This document shows positions 51,040-64,000 of a DNA stretch of 64,000 nt, one piece after another. Both the position numbers and the translations under genes were made by a program. Under the pieces are notes generated by a model. It was not told the origin of the DNA. It saw only the letters and a program-made list of their open reading frames with translations, and did no database searches. Location: contig MU053652.1 of NCBI GenBank assembly GCA_013239625.1, positions 3,461,902-3,525,901 of the forward strand, read 5' to 3'. Numbering within the stretch: position 1 is the first letter of the stretch; every line of letters begins with the position of its first letter. This DNA is from Lama guanicoe (taxonomy: Eukaryota).

Positions 51040-54000
51040 CAAATAGATTTGGATAAGATTTATTGATTGTTTTAGAAAACCAACAGCAAAACACTGACAA
51101 GGTACATAAATACAGATTGGACATTTTAGGGTAAATTCACTATATTTCCTACTTGCTTGTAGGAAACCAGGTAAGGTGGAAAAGCTGTCCTGATCATATG
51201 GCATGCACACCAGACTGCAAAAGGACTTCAACACTATTTAACAGGACTGTGGCAAATAGCTTTAAAGTAAGGCAAGCATCGTGTGTGGCATAAGCATACC
51301 CTGTACCAAGAGCCAAGGCCAGGCTTGCCCTCAGAGACTGCGTATGAGTGAGGTTTCCCTTTCTTGCCAAGGTTCTTCCAATAAAATCCTCAATGGCAGG
51401 TGCCTTTATAGGGAGATGCCTGGTGCTGTCCCTGCTCAGACTCTGTGTACCAGGAGAAAGTCAGTGTGTTTCTGATGCCTCCTTTGTATTCTAAATGTGC
51501 AACTAGTAAAACAGCAATTACTACGGCTTGATGAAACTGCCTCTGACTCACCCTCTACAGTGACTAAGCAAGGCCTTTAAAAAACTTCTAAAAAGTGAAA
51601 AAAAAATTAAAACATAAAAATTATATTAAAAGATGGTACCACTTTTGAAGCACAACTCAGAACTTTTCATAACACCAAAGGAAGAGGTCACTTTCCACCG
51701 AATCTAACGACCTTAGAAGGGAAACACCATCGCTGGGCATGGCCTGATGGCGATGCACACAGAGGTCACAGAACTCTACCGAACCTACCTCAGGCCCTGC
51801 CAGTGCTCCCAAAGTCCCGAGGTATTTGGGGAACCAAAGCAATTTAAGCAAATGGTGACCAGTTTTGGGGGCTTATGATCATAGGACCACAAACCCTCAT
51901 CCATCCTGGAGCTCAATGCCAGAACAATGAAAAATAAGGAAAATGGCTTTTTGTGCTACATCAGAGTGCTGGCAGGTAGACAATTCAGTAACCTGTGCCA
52001 CTTTCTACACATCCGTAAGACTACATAAAAACAAACTTGTTTTACAGAATGAAGACCAACAGAGTCTTAGAGGATAGTTCAGCCTTTCCTACATGCCAAG
52101 CTATATGGCCAGAAAAGGTATCTCCTCAGGAAAAAGTAAGGCTCCTTCAAGAAAAGTGGAAAAGCAAGTATTTGCAAAGAGCCAAAGAAATGTGTTCAAA
52201 TGCATCATACACAGCTTTTTCTTCCGACAGGTGCTAAGAGTTCTTTGGTGGTTACAGGAGAGACAGCCTAGAACTCAGGGCAGGAGACTATGCCAAAGCA
52301 AGGAGTAAAGAGTGACATCTAAGCTCAGCATTCAACAACTGTCATCCAGTTGACCAATTACAGCTAATCAGGCTACTTAAATGTTTGCTGGTTTCTAGCC
52401 CCTCAATGGTTCTTGCTTTTCAGTTTCTAACTACACATTAGCCCCACTCCATTGAAAAGGAAATGCTTGTGGGAAAGGGGTAGGGAGGAAGAAGAACTAT
52501 AAATGAATCAATTGTTTGGTAGAAAAGTTGAAGCACTGATCATCTATGGATTTCAATTATCTGTGCTTTACTCTGGCTACTCTGGGTAACCAAAGGTCAC
52601 TGTTAATATAACTTTTGCTTAGAAATGCTAAGGTTTATTATTATATTTTAAAATCTAGTTACATAATGGACATGAATAGTTTAGAGCAAATTTTTATATC
52701 ATGTCACCAGGGCCCTGAAAAAACAGATTATTCTTCCAGTGGAAAGGATTTCAGTTTGACCCCTGAAGAACAGTTAAAATTTCAATCTATTCTATATTGG
52801 TTTTTAGACTTTCCAGAATATGGAAAATACTTTATTAAATGAAGAAAGCATCATTTTCTTGATTTCATAAAGTATTACATTCACAGATAAATTAGTATAT
52901 ACATGGGAGAACTGACAGTATTAAATATTAGATTTTAATTTTCCATTTAGGAAACTCCTTATAGGCAGACTTTCTTGTTCCTGGGCAAAGAAAAATGTAA
53001 GAAGATATGCAAACATGAGATAGTACAAAGATGACTGGGGAGAAGTCTCAACTCTTAACAAATCCATGAAATAGTAAGTCTCTAAGAATTGTAATAAGAA
53101 AATGCTGGACTTGAAAACCCAGCTCTACCAAGAATTGGCCTGTGCCAGCCAATCACATCTCAAATTTTTGGTATAATTTGACTCTAAAGTAATGAGCTGG
53201 CTTCCCCAAGACAGATAAAAAAGGAGTCTACCTGCTTTATAGTCACACCCTATATATAATCTGTATATATCCATATGTGTTTCTATATATTGCACTTAAA
53301 CTTACAGGACTGCAGTAAGATGGCTGGGAATACCTCAAAGAGGCAGAGAAGCAGCAGGCATAAACTTTCCTAAATCAAGTAACAGTGTCTGGAATTCAGA
53401 GTGCTGGTTATAGATATACTAAAATGCCTGGTGACCCCCTATATAAAATCCTAATCATCTACATTTAAGTCATCATACCCACAGTCTCATTTGGCATCTA
53501 GAACATGTGCACATGTGTGGTTCTATAGCGCTCAGAACTGATCACACTACATCATTTTCACTAGTGTTATAATTAAAAGAAGACATTTTAGACCAAGGAT
53601 ACATACTTTTATGAAAACATCACACACAAGGTCTTAGATGTCAGGCCTCCAAAGTCTACCTCAAAGAAGACTGCCTTCAGAAGGCTTTAAGAAGGATGCT
53701 AGCAAGTGTGGATTGAACCAGTCTCTCTTTCTGCTCTCTGCTGTCACAGAACTAGAGACCTGCTTATATCCCAAGGACCATGGAAGGATAAGCACAGAGG
53801 CCAGGCATTCATTCAGTCTTTGGTCCCTATATAAATCCATGACAAAGATCATTTCACCACCTTACGTGACGTGAATTATTTAATTATGGATATTTCCCCC
53901 CAAAATATCTAGAGACTAGACTGGAGTCATGCAGCAAAGCTTTGTTTTAAACTAACGGACCTGCTCAGGCAGGCTTGCTCTGGAGAGAGCTCCTCATTGG

Positions 54001-55891
54001 ACCAAGCACAGCAGTGGGTGGTAAGAGGTTAAAGGCCAGACTGGTCATGGCAAGTTGGAGGTGGGGCCTCTAAAGGCCTTGCTCCTTTTCCTGCCTCTCC
54101 CCTACCCCCTCAGCCCCCTAAAAGGACCCAAACTCACAAATGAATGGTTGTTACAAGACCTTGCAGAACACAGGCTCCATCAACTCAATCTCACTTAGAT
54201 GGGAGGTTATAATAAGGCCTGGAGGTTAGGAGTCCAAGTCTAGAGGCCACAGTTTTCTCTTCCCCAGAACTGAACACTAGATGGTTACTTCGTAGCCATA
54301 ACTCACAGGTGATTTTAAATCCACACATGAGCTTCTGGGATGAAGGAAAAAGAAAATTAACTTTAAAAGCTAAATGAAAAAGAGGCACTTAAAGGAAAAA
54401 CCTGTCCCCAGTCTGAGTCTCCTGTTGTGATCTAACCAACGAGATGATCAGCACTGTGCCCTCTTGCATGCCTTTAGCACCTTTCATTCACCTAAGGACT
54501 TCCAAATGCTCATGTCTCAGTGCCTTGCTCAAGTGTTCTAGCACCCTAATGGCAAAGCAAGTGAAAATTTAGATTATTTCTTTTTTAGAAATAAAAAACA
54601 ACACAAACCAAACCAGAACTAAAATTTCACGCCAAAAAGTGAATGATTCTCAGTTTCATTCCTTCCTCATGCTAGTTTTTAAAATGATACTTAGTTCTTC
54701 AAGAGGAATGACCTGTGGCTTTCCCCTCAAGACCTTTTATCCAATTACTAGGCAATTACTCACAGCACCACGCACATTAAAGCAGAGAAAAAAAAATACA
54801 AAAAGCTAAGAGAAAAATCATGGGCCAACTGGCTTTCTAGAGATAAAACCCATTGCCTGAGAATATGACAGGTGCATGGCCCAGAGTTACAAAGAAACAA
54901 TCCTGAAAGGAAATGGCCAACATGACAGTCAAAGCTCACAGTCCAGAGCAGAAGCCCTTCCTGCCCTGCTCTCTTCCGGCTTCTTACAAGCTTATGTTTG
55001 TGTCCCACACTGTTTATGCCACACATTCAGGGTCTGCAATCCTCATGATGAACTCAAAGAGATACTGGAAACCATTAATAAGCACAAGAGAATTTCAAAA
55101 CTGCCCAGAACAAAGAACTTTGACCACCACATTTCTTGATTTGAAACATCCTTGGTGCCATAATTTCTAAGAGCAACAACTAACAGCACAACTACAACAC
55201 ACAATAAAGTTTTTTGACAAGTCAACTCTAACCATTGCTGGCACCATAAGGATTAGAAAAGAAATCACTAATCAAGGGCTGGTGAGCTGCTTAACTTTCC
55301 TCCAAAGTCAAAGGATAGGTTTGGTATCTATGCAGCAAGACATCAACCACTGCTGCCATTAGATCCAGCTACTCAATTAGATATATCTGAAAACAGGAAG
55401 TTAAACATCTAGCTTTACCTATAACCTGCAGGATTCTCAAGTTTAGCTTCTTGTTCTAGCCCCAAAACTTCTTGTTGTTGTCGCTGGATTTAATTTTTTT
55501 AATTTAATTTTTGTTTTTATTGATGATGTTGCTTTAATTTATAGAGCACATGGTAATATGGTTAGAGTTCCTTTAAATTTTTCTTTATTTTATCTTGATT
55601 CATAACATTATTAAGGTACTTTCAGACTTTCCCTCAACTCTGTCAAGGAAGGAGTATGTGCGTATGTGCGTGTGTACTGAGGCAGGAGGGAGAGAAGCAA
55701 AGGAAAAAAGCACAAGGGAAAGTGAGATTCCATAAACTTAAAACAATTTACAGAAAGGCATCTGATGTATTTTCTGAATAAGGCCTTGATCAGGGTAACC
55801 AATCCTCTTTGAAGCACATTCTACACTGCCCATAAATAAAGGAGTCTCTTTAAATTAACATTTCCAGTATCAATGAACAGTCCAGAAATCC
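51040..55891 (-). other. KLHDC10: KLHDC10 long 3'UTR (about 4.8 kb; end approximate)
   Basis: stretch with no repeats I recognise, from the stop codon to minus-strand AATAAA at 51064-51059. Confidence 0.65.
51059..51064 (-). terminator. distal poly(A) signal AATAAA of KLHDC10
   Basis: tttatt on + strand; on the minus strand TGTA motifs lie upstream and GT-rich ttgtctgatggtaatttgtgta lies downstream. Confidence 0.65.
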
Positions 55892-56101
55892 TCATTTCAA
55901 GCGTTCAATGAGTCCCTGTGTGAGTCCAAGGTGCAGAAGCTGTGTTCGGGAGAGGTTTGCCAGGTTGGGGAAGGCCGCGAGCAGCTTCTCCCACGCCAGC
56001 TCCAGCAGGCTAGGCACCACCAGCCAGATCTTAAACAACGACCCAGTCCGTTTATTTTCATGGATGTTCACCACACCTCCGTGAATGTACATGCAGCCAG
56101 C
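55892..56101 (-). CDS. KLHDC10: KLHDC10 last coding exon: AGCMYIHGGVV...VPSLLELAWEKLL...LTQGLIERLK-stop (last kelch repeat plus BC-box/Cul2-box)
   Basis: minus-strand catag|; TGA at 55894-55892; ORF 55892..56092. Confidence 0.97.
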   Translation of the reverse strand, partial: AGCMYIHGGVVNIHENKRTGSLFKIWLVVPSLLELAWEKLLAAFPNLANLSRTQLLHLGLTQGLIERLK

Positions 56102-56725
56102 CTATGAACAAATGGCAGTCACAGAGGATAAATATAAGTGGGAGAGAAACAGATACTTAGGCTGGAGATTCAGCAAAAAAATTCATGGTAGGCTAAATTA
56201 AGATGAGATGGAACAAAAAATTTCTCATTAATTCCAACATAGTGCTGAGATCAAGAAAGGTTTAAATAATGAATGAGTTACGAAGGGAAAAACTAGAGAT
56301 TATTTTTACTTCAACAACTTCAACAAATGTTAAACTAAGACTATATTAAGTATCCACTGTGTCAAATACTAGGAATACAAAGATGCAAATAAAGGTCTTC
56401 GAGCTCAAGAAACTAGTAAACTCTTGAATAATATGGCATCATGGGGATAAAACTATTCTGCTCTCCCAGGAGGGGAGATACCACTGTCAGGGCCCGAATG
56501 CCACATGTAGCATTTCTTTTACATTTATGCTGCTCTTTTAAGCTTGTATGTGATAGTTTTACTCCCCTTTTCTTTGAGGAAGAGCTAGCTTGGACGAAGG
56601 TTTTAAAAACACATTCTTAATCCAAGTTTCGCTAATACCAGAATCTTTTTTTCTTGCTAACATCCCTAAAAATATTTCCTTATCATCTGCAACTACATAA
56701 AGAAGATATGAAAATTAAAACTTAC

Positions 56726-56865
56726 TGGTGTAACAGCTGCACAGTGAAAATACACTGGCTCTGGCATGGTAGCTGGGAGCTTGACCCACTGAAAAGTCTG
56801 CAGATTCAACTTCCAGATATCTCCCAGGATCACTTCTCCATTGTAGCCCCCGCAAATAAACACAT
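56726..56865 (-). CDS. KLHDC10: KLHDC10 coding exon (approx. 9): DVFICGGYNGEVILGDIWKLNLQTFQWVKLPATMPEPVYFHCAAVTP
   Basis: minus-strand gatag| and |gtaagt; 140 bp; kelch GG motif. Confidence 0.96.
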
Positions 56866-58699
56866 CTATCACGAAAAGAGAAAGCCAAGATCACACCAAG
56901 GAGAAGAGCCACAGCGACAGCACATCTGGCAGTAGCTCTCATGGCTAGCAGACAGGGGAACTGGTTCAGTGGCTCTCCCCATACTACAGAGGACTTCAGC
57001 TAGCGGGCCACTCATGCTGCTATATCGTCCCTCACTAGAGTTTGGACACTCTGTTGGGATCTTTGCTAGGGCTGAGGATGCCGGTCTGAGAAGGCTTCAT
57101 TCATGTCAGGGTTCTCAAATTCCAGTAGCTCCAGGTGCTAGGCATAGATAGTGAATGAGCAAGAAGGTCCAAGGAAAATAAATAGGAGGTCCAGGGAACA
57201 AATAGAGGAGTGCACGTGCCCTAATGGGGAAGATGACGATGCAGCTCTAGCTGATTGATAACCATGTAGGACTTAAGGTCAGCAACTGCCAGATCTTCAT
57301 TTTTTTAAGAGAAGCTGGAAATCTAGATTTTTTTTTAAAGTGAAATATTTTTACTTTTTGAAAACATTTTGCTTTTTAAGTATTGGTCACTAATTCAAAA
57401 AATGATAAAACACATATGAGCCAAACAAAACATATCTACAGGCCACCAGTTAGTGAACTCTTCTTCTTAAATAACGCCCTGGAGAGGATAGACATTTATC
57501 TGCCCATAGAGACAAATGTTCTCTATGTAGACAATTAACTTGAGGGGAAACATTCACTACAATGTTCAGTTTGGGGAACAAAAGACATTCTTCCAAATCT
57601 TCTTCAGCCCAAAGAGGATAGCTTAAAGCCCCATTTGATCTGTACCAGTTATTTATGTCAGGAACAAAACCTTCCTAAAATCAAAGGTTTTTTATTGTTG
57701 TGGTTTTGTTTGTTTTTGTTTTTGTAAAATCAGTTAGTTATAATGAATTAGATAACATGTAACAGAGACTATGTGAACCTTCAAACTAGATGTCCAGAAC
57801 TAAGGCTGAATTCCATTTACAGGGTGTGTGGACTCAAAGAATCAAATGAATACACATCTTAATTCAGGTCTAGACCAAGCATAAGTCAATACTTAATTAA
57901 ACTATAAAACACATTGGAAACTTTTTTGGCTAGGATTCAAGAGAAGTACAGCTCCGTTCTTAGAGAAGCAAAGCTGACCAATGCCACTGTCTATAAATCT
58001 TGCCCCCAAAGCAGAAGCATAATGAAAAGCACCTCTGTACTAGCTATGGCAGCATAATCTTAGTAAAATCTGAACTAAGCTGCTGAAAGGATATAGGCTA
58101 TCAAACTCATTTATACATACCTTCCTCCCCCTCAGATTTAAAGTAGTACATCCAACTATAAAATAAGCTGTAAATCACAAGAGAGGAAAGTTGTCCAAAG
58201 AGGAGTCATTTATCACACTTAGATAAAGCAGCTGCAGCTGTTTTCTGATGCCATACAATGCCTGTGTTGTAATATGGCCAAAGAATGAACTAAGAGTTCT
58301 ATCTGGCATCAGATAGAGAACAGAATAAACTTTATGAAATAACATTCTGAAGGAGTTACTACAATTTTAATACAATGTCTACTGAGGTCTCTACTGCATG
58401 TCAAGATTATTACTTTTACCCACCGTAAGTGCAGACATCTGTTGAGGTGGGGTGCTGAAAGATTAGGTGGTATCATAAAAGCTTATCATTTACTTTTGAG
58501 TTCTCTGATAACTGAGGGGACGCAAATACCACACTAGCTTACTTTATGAAAATTGCTGAGAGAGGCATAACTTTATGGAAACTATAAGAGACAGACTCTC
58601 CCCAAAATTATGCCTCTTTTAAGGAGTTATTAAGAAATAGGATATTCTCAGTATACACAATTACAAAAATGGAACCAGCATGTTATTTGAAATCCTTAC

Positions 58700-58747
58700 C
58701 ATTTTTAATCTGAACACAACTGTGGCATCTTCGGGCTGCAGGAAAAC
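58700..58747 (-). CDS. KLHDC10: KLHDC10 coding exon (approx. 8): GFPAARRCHSCVQIKN(D)
   Basis: minus-strand ggtag| and |gtaagg; 48 bp. Confidence 0.94.
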
Positions 58748-59295
58748 CTACCAAACACATAAACACAGAAATTCCATTATTCACAGAAAGACTGGGAATA
58801 ATGGTGATATAATATAGCAGAAGACATACTACAAATAACTCACTTAAAACAATCCCTTTGTTGCATTAAGCAGTGCTAGTCCTTCCAATCCTTCCTTATT
58901 TCACACTAAAATAAAGCCATCAGAAGTTTCATCATAATGGTACAATGTTAAGGTGTCAGGAAAACAAAGTGAGGTGGTGGTGGGCAGGGGTTACTAGTGG
59001 CTTTCCCAAGCTTTTTTACCCACAAAGAAACAGGCAGATCTTGATTTAAGTGCCTACTTCTCATCCCAGCCAGATTTCCCCACTTCCACAGAATTCAGTA
59101 ATCCTCATCAAAAATCTCTGCTCAGTTGCTAAGGAAGAATAGTAATTGGACTAAGGAATACAAGTAATTTCTAATACCAGTTCAACAGATATTTTACTGT
59201 CATGGAATGCAATAAAATTACTTTTTCCCTTCCAGAATTAGTAAAACTATAAAATACATTTACTAAAGATAAATGAATCAGTATTTTAAATTTAC

Positions 59296-59362
59296 CTATT
59301 TTTTCATGAGGCTTTGTTGCAATTTCCTCCCATGCATTTGTTTCAAGGTTGTATGCATGAAT
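59296..59362 (-). CDS. KLHDC10: KLHDC10 coding exon (approx. 7): IHAYNLETNAWEEIATKPHEKI(G)
   Basis: minus-strand ttcaag| (AAG acceptor) and |gtaaat; 67 bp; ORF 59171..59395. Confidence 0.95.
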
Positions 59363-60222
59363 CTTGAAGAGAAAGGAAAAAAAAAAGACACACAAGTAAT
59401 TTTAGCTAGCCTGAAAACTGGATTTTTCGCTAACAGCCTGTACAAACATATTCTTGGTTGAAAAGCCTTCTATTCCTTTGCTTTTTTCTGATCTTTACTA
59501 ATTCTAATATAAGGCAAAGATTAAATTAAGCAATTGAAAACTAAGCACATATATGATTTCATTATTTTTAAATCTTAGAAAAAAATGAAGTAAAAAAGTT
59601 GGAATTCTGCAACTTCCTCATTTTCTACATTAAACATGTATCATTTTTCTAACAGAAAAAAAGCAAGTCTGGTAAGAAAACATGGGAATGCAGTTTTGAC
59701 AAAACTTGAAAAAGACTGTTAAGGTTCCAAAGCAGACCAGGAGCTCAGCAGCCTAGAGACATCGCCTGGGATATGTGGATTTAGGAAGGCCACAGGGGTG
59801 GATGAATGAAAGCCCTTCAGAGCTCAGCTTTCTGAAGTTAGTGATGTGCAGTCCTAAACATGCCTTTTCTTTTTAGATACATGGCACTGACAATGAGAGG
59901 GATGTGACATTCTGAGAATCCTGGTTTCAGTTCTAATTAGTTGCTCCTATTTAAGCTACTATAGCTTCCTTTTAGTGACTTTCCTACCTAGCATAGAGGG
60001 ATAATTTTCATATTGTATTTTCAGTGTATAATAATGCAACTGTCAACTGGAAAGCATGTCGGGGCACAGAGTTCAACCTTATATTATAAAGAGCATCTAA
60101 CACAAAATAGGTGTTGATGAAGAACCTGCCTGAAAATTAAAATATCTACAGTAACAGAAATTAGCTTGCTTTAGCATAACACATGCCTTGCTCTGCCTTC
60201 TTCCCCTCTTTTTTTAATATAC

Positions 60223-60307
60223 CTTGTTTAAGGAATAAGCTGTCCAAGAAGTACCACCTCCCAGGATGTAAATCCTCTGCCCATCATGTGCAATTTCATG
60301 TCTGTAT
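60223..60307 (-). CDS. KLHDC10: KLHDC10 coding exon (approx. 6): RYRHEIAHDGQRIYILGGGTSWTAYSLNK
   Basis: minus-strand tccag| and |gtatat; 85 bp. Confidence 0.95.
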
Positions 60308-60777
60308 CTGGAAATAAACAATAAAATACATTTATAATTAAGGGAAAAAATGATCTACCTGAGATTTAGCTGCAAGGCTTTTTACTGCATCATTATTTCT
60401 AATAAATAACCCAAGTGTTTAATAATAGTGAATCAGTTAAATAAATTATAGAATATACATAAAATCGATTAGTATGCAACCAATAAGAATGTAGGCACAA
60501 AGGATGGTTAATATACTGAGAACTTCTTTTCATGTCATTAGCTGAAAAAAATAGTTATAGAAGAGCAGATAGGCTATAATCATATTAAAAATTTATAGAT
60601 ATACAAAAATGTACAGAAAATGACTATAAGGATACATGCAAAATGTTAACCCTGGTTATCTCTGAGTTTAAATTTTGCTTTTCATTTTCTTCATTTTGCT
60701 TATTTATATTTTCTAAAACAAAAATTTTAGAACATTTTAATTTTTTGTACAATTTTATTTATTGATTTATTTATTTT

Positions 60778-60922
60778 GGGGGGAAAGTAATTAGGTTTAT
60801 TTGTTTATTTATTTATTTATTTAATTTATTTATTTTAAATAGAGGTACTGGGGATTGAACCCAGAACCTCGTGAGTGCTAATTAAGCACGCGTTCTACCA
60901 CTGAGTTTTACCCTCCCCCCCC
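60778..60922 (-). mobile_element. second vic-1-like tRNA SINE, in a KLHDC10 intron
   Basis: gtaattaggtttattt...gaggtactggggattgaacccag...ctaccactgag; homologous to 15237-15354. Confidence 0.8.
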
Positions 60923-62108
60923 TTTTTTGGAAGCCCTCCCCCTTTCTACATTTTCTATAATCTTTTTGTGATAACTTTGTATAAGGAGGGAAATTATTAC
61001 AGAGTTTGAAAAAGTGATCTGCCTACATTTAATTAGAAACCCTAGACTATGGGCTTTCAAATTAAGACGCTTATTTAACAGATAAAAAGATATCAGAAAA
61101 ATTATGCCACACAAAACTGTGAATATAATGTGAAATACCTACCAGAACCTTTATCTAAGCAGTCTAGCTAAAAGCTGAAACAGTTTATAATATGTCCATA
61201 AAATGATTCAAAGAAAGCAACCATGTGAAAACGCTTTGAAAACTTATTCTTTCCTCCTTTCCCTGAGGCCCTGGTGTTGATAATAAATTACATCAAAATT
61301 ATTCCCTGTAATAGGCCATCTCCAAGTCCTCTCATGGTAGTTCTGCAATAATCAGCCCACTAACATACTACATTGGAGATGAGTTTTCCTTAGCACCTGT
61401 ATGTCATTTATTTAAAGGGCAACAAAGAGATGTTAGTCTAAACAGAGTGATTAAAAAACTGTTTACTGTCTTTGCTTTTAAACTAGAGGGCAAAAAATTT
61501 AAGTTTACCAGTGAGTTTAATTCTAAGAAGAGGCAGTTGCTATTAGGAAAGAAAAGTGAAAGATCTAGCATTTCCACTAGAAGGCAACTTAAGAGAATCA
61601 TGTGATGTTTGAGTGTACCACAGAGCACTTAAAAAAAATGATCTTTCCTCCCTCCTCCCTTCCATCCATCCATTTATCCGTCCAGTCAACATTCACTGAC
61701 TGCTACCTACGGGCATGACACTGTGCCCTGTACTAGGAATACACTTGCAAACAAATGAGCCAAAGAATCCTAATATGCAAGTTAAGAAGGGAAATCAAAA
61801 AGTAACTAGAAAGTGAGTGCTTTGCCTGTAATATGAAATTTAGTTACAGTTATTACCATTGGTTTCTACCTTCCTGATGCAGGAAAACTGAAGTATAAGA
61901 GGAAATAACATGAAAAAAGCCTACAGTTCAGAGGGAAATATCATTCCCTCACCAGAAGACCTTTCTTTAAAGCTGAACTGGGATGGAACAGCCAGTTCAC
62001 TATTTTAACCAAGCCAAAGGGTTTTCTTCAAACCTTATTGCCAATATTCTGAAAAAAAGTCAAATCTTAGCAAGAAAGAATAAATATGCTTTCATCCTAT
62101 AATCTCAC

Positions 62109-62257
62109 CTCTCTTCTGGTAGATCACAGGACAAGTTGTTTGGTTTCAGTTGTGTCCATTCTCTAGTATTGAGGTCTAATTTGTGCAGGTCTGTGCTATA
62201 AATATAGCCAGTTGTCCCTCCAAAGACATAAAGGGAGCCATTGATGATAGCCATGGC
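62109..62257 (-). CDS. KLHDC10: KLHDC10 coding exon (approx. 5): AMAIINGSLYVFGGTTGYIYSTDLHKLDLNTREWTQLKPNNLSCDLPEE(R)
   Basis: minus-strand tctag| and |gtgaga; 149 bp; kelch repeat. Confidence 0.96.
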
Positions 62258-63410
62258 CTAGATAATGAAGAAAGATGAACAAGACTGCCTTGTTAACACT
62301 TGATTAAAGAATATAAACTTATTAGATACTCCCAAATCAGGTTTTATGAAAATTTCTTGTACTTTTTAACCTTATAAAAATCAGACCCTTAAAGGACTAA
62401 AGATTTTAGAGATTATTTACAGAGATTATTTTTAGAAAGGTAAATTTTGCTCAATGAAAAGTAAGTTCTACATAGACAGGCAAAGGACATCAGATGATCC
62501 TTAGGGGTCCTAGGCAACCAAAGAATTTATAGACCATGGACATGAGCATTTCCACTGAAGGCTGCTTTTCTTTCTAAGCAGTCTGAAGAAAATGCTCTTA
62601 AGAGGACGAAGCAGATATGAAAATAAGATACCCAAATCCTTTAAGTAAGAAGCCTAGAGTTGGCAGTCCCCAAAACTTGATATTTTCCACCAGACTCTTC
62701 TCAGTGCAAATTTGGCTATGGTTATGGTCATTTATTAGTGTTTAAATGCCTCCTGTGGTGGGATGCAGTTATCCAGTCTGTGCCTCTACAAATAGCTCAG
62801 AAGCTGTCAGTACCAATGCCAGCTAGTTGAGAAAGAAGCCAATGCTTGGCTGTTTTAAGCTTAGCCCATTACTCTCAAAGGGTCTCTGATGCATGGTGAG
62901 TTGCTTCCTATCTTTTAAAATATAACTTTTCAAACCTAAGGCTTGAAGCACTGAAATCTAACTGGAAACTAATTTCTATATAATTTGTGTTTTAGCTCAG
63001 ATCTGTATAAAAGTTTCTTAACCAAGTACAGAGATCATCTGCTCTACTACTTAGGGTAGAAAACTCTTCAAAGCATCCTATCACTCTAAAGATGACAGGA
63101 CCTTGACCATATGTTGCCCAATGTCTCACTAGGGGTGGGTAGGGTCCTGACATTTAAAGAAACTTCCATACAGGTTTAGATCACTGATCCTAAGTTAGAT
63201 TAGAAACAGAGTAAGGGCAAAAAGGAAAGGAGAAGGCAAGCAACCAGATTTACAAACTACAATTTCATATCAGAAATGAACAATCAAATAGTAATCATAA
63301 TGAACTTATCCCCATTAAAAAATTGGTAGCAATATAAATATTCTGACATTGTCCAGGAACTAGAAAAATCCAAACAAATACATCCACCATGACTGGCCAT
63401 AGATTGGTAC

Positions 63411-63565
63411 CTGTCCATATATACGACTCGGTTTCTTCCCCCGACAGCTGAGTAAAGCCCATCTCTTATACTTCACGTTACAGACATGGACATCATTGCC
63501 GTTGCTCTCACCAAATGGGATACCCGTCCCTCCAAACACTAACAGGTTGTTTCCGTGTAGCACAA
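63411..63565 (-). CDS. KLHDC10: KLHDC10 coding exon (approx. 4): LVLHGNNLLVFGGTGIPFGESNGNDVHVCNVKYKRWALLSCRGKKPSRIYGQ
   Basis: minus-strand cccag| and |gtacca; 155 bp; kelch FGG motif; ORF 63360..63626. Confidence 0.96.
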
Positions 63566-64000
63566 CTGGGGAAGGAGAAGCACAAATTCCCTTTACATAC
63601 TGGCTACCTGCAATGTGTTCCCACATTAACCCAGAATATCTGAGAAACTAAAAAGTTATCTGCTTTAATGCTTTCAGAAGATAGCTCAAACCACTGACAT
63701 GTAATTACTATAAAGTTCTGCAGAAAAAGGTCTAATTCACATTATATCATATAGCTCACTGTTTAGTATATGACATGTATTCAATGCATATCTCTGGAAT
63801 TCATGAAACACTGTATGTAACAATACTGAATGACATTAACTACAACCCACCACTGCTGCTCGACACAGTTCAAGTATGCAGCAAAGCAGAGGAAAATAAA
63901 GTATCATCTTTGCCTTAGCATAGACCCAGCGGGATTCAGGATGAAGGGATAAAAGGATCATTCTGTTTTTGCGAGGGGAATGATCGCTACATTTCAAATT

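Noticed and set aside
63393..63422. IYGQ peptide repeated across the KLHDC10 donor (ATATATGGACAG / ATCTATGGCCAG)
   Set aside because: A short imperfect repeat with no GT after the second copy, so it offers no alternative donor. Likely chance.

Overview
Mammalian nuclear genomic DNA, probably camelid (alpaca/camel-like), judged from tRNA-derived vic-1-like SINEs and young lineage-specific L1 3' ends. Two known genes lie tail-to-tail. On the + strand are the last 13 coding exons of TMEM209 (126..25647, 3'UTR to about 27.0 kb). On the - strand are the last 7 coding exons of KLHDC10 (63565..55892, 3'UTR of about 4.8 kb to about 51.04 kb). All exons were placed by GT-AG boundaries, and their phases join into open frames matching the human proteins as I recall them. 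The ~24 kb between the two 3' ends has no recognisable protein gene but holds two orphan CpG islands with promoter-like motifs and candidate splice sites. The rest is ordinary interspersed repeat (L1, L2, MIR, MLT1, MER). It includes several clean retrotransposition footprints: a 3'-truncated U2 retrocopy, an 18-nt+A39 orphan insertion, a tandem L1 insertion and a polyadenylated ERV LTR fragment. I cannot support a novel biological system here. The best leads are the two orphan CpG islands, which may start unannotated transcripts. Exon numbers and repeat family names are from memory, not from searches.
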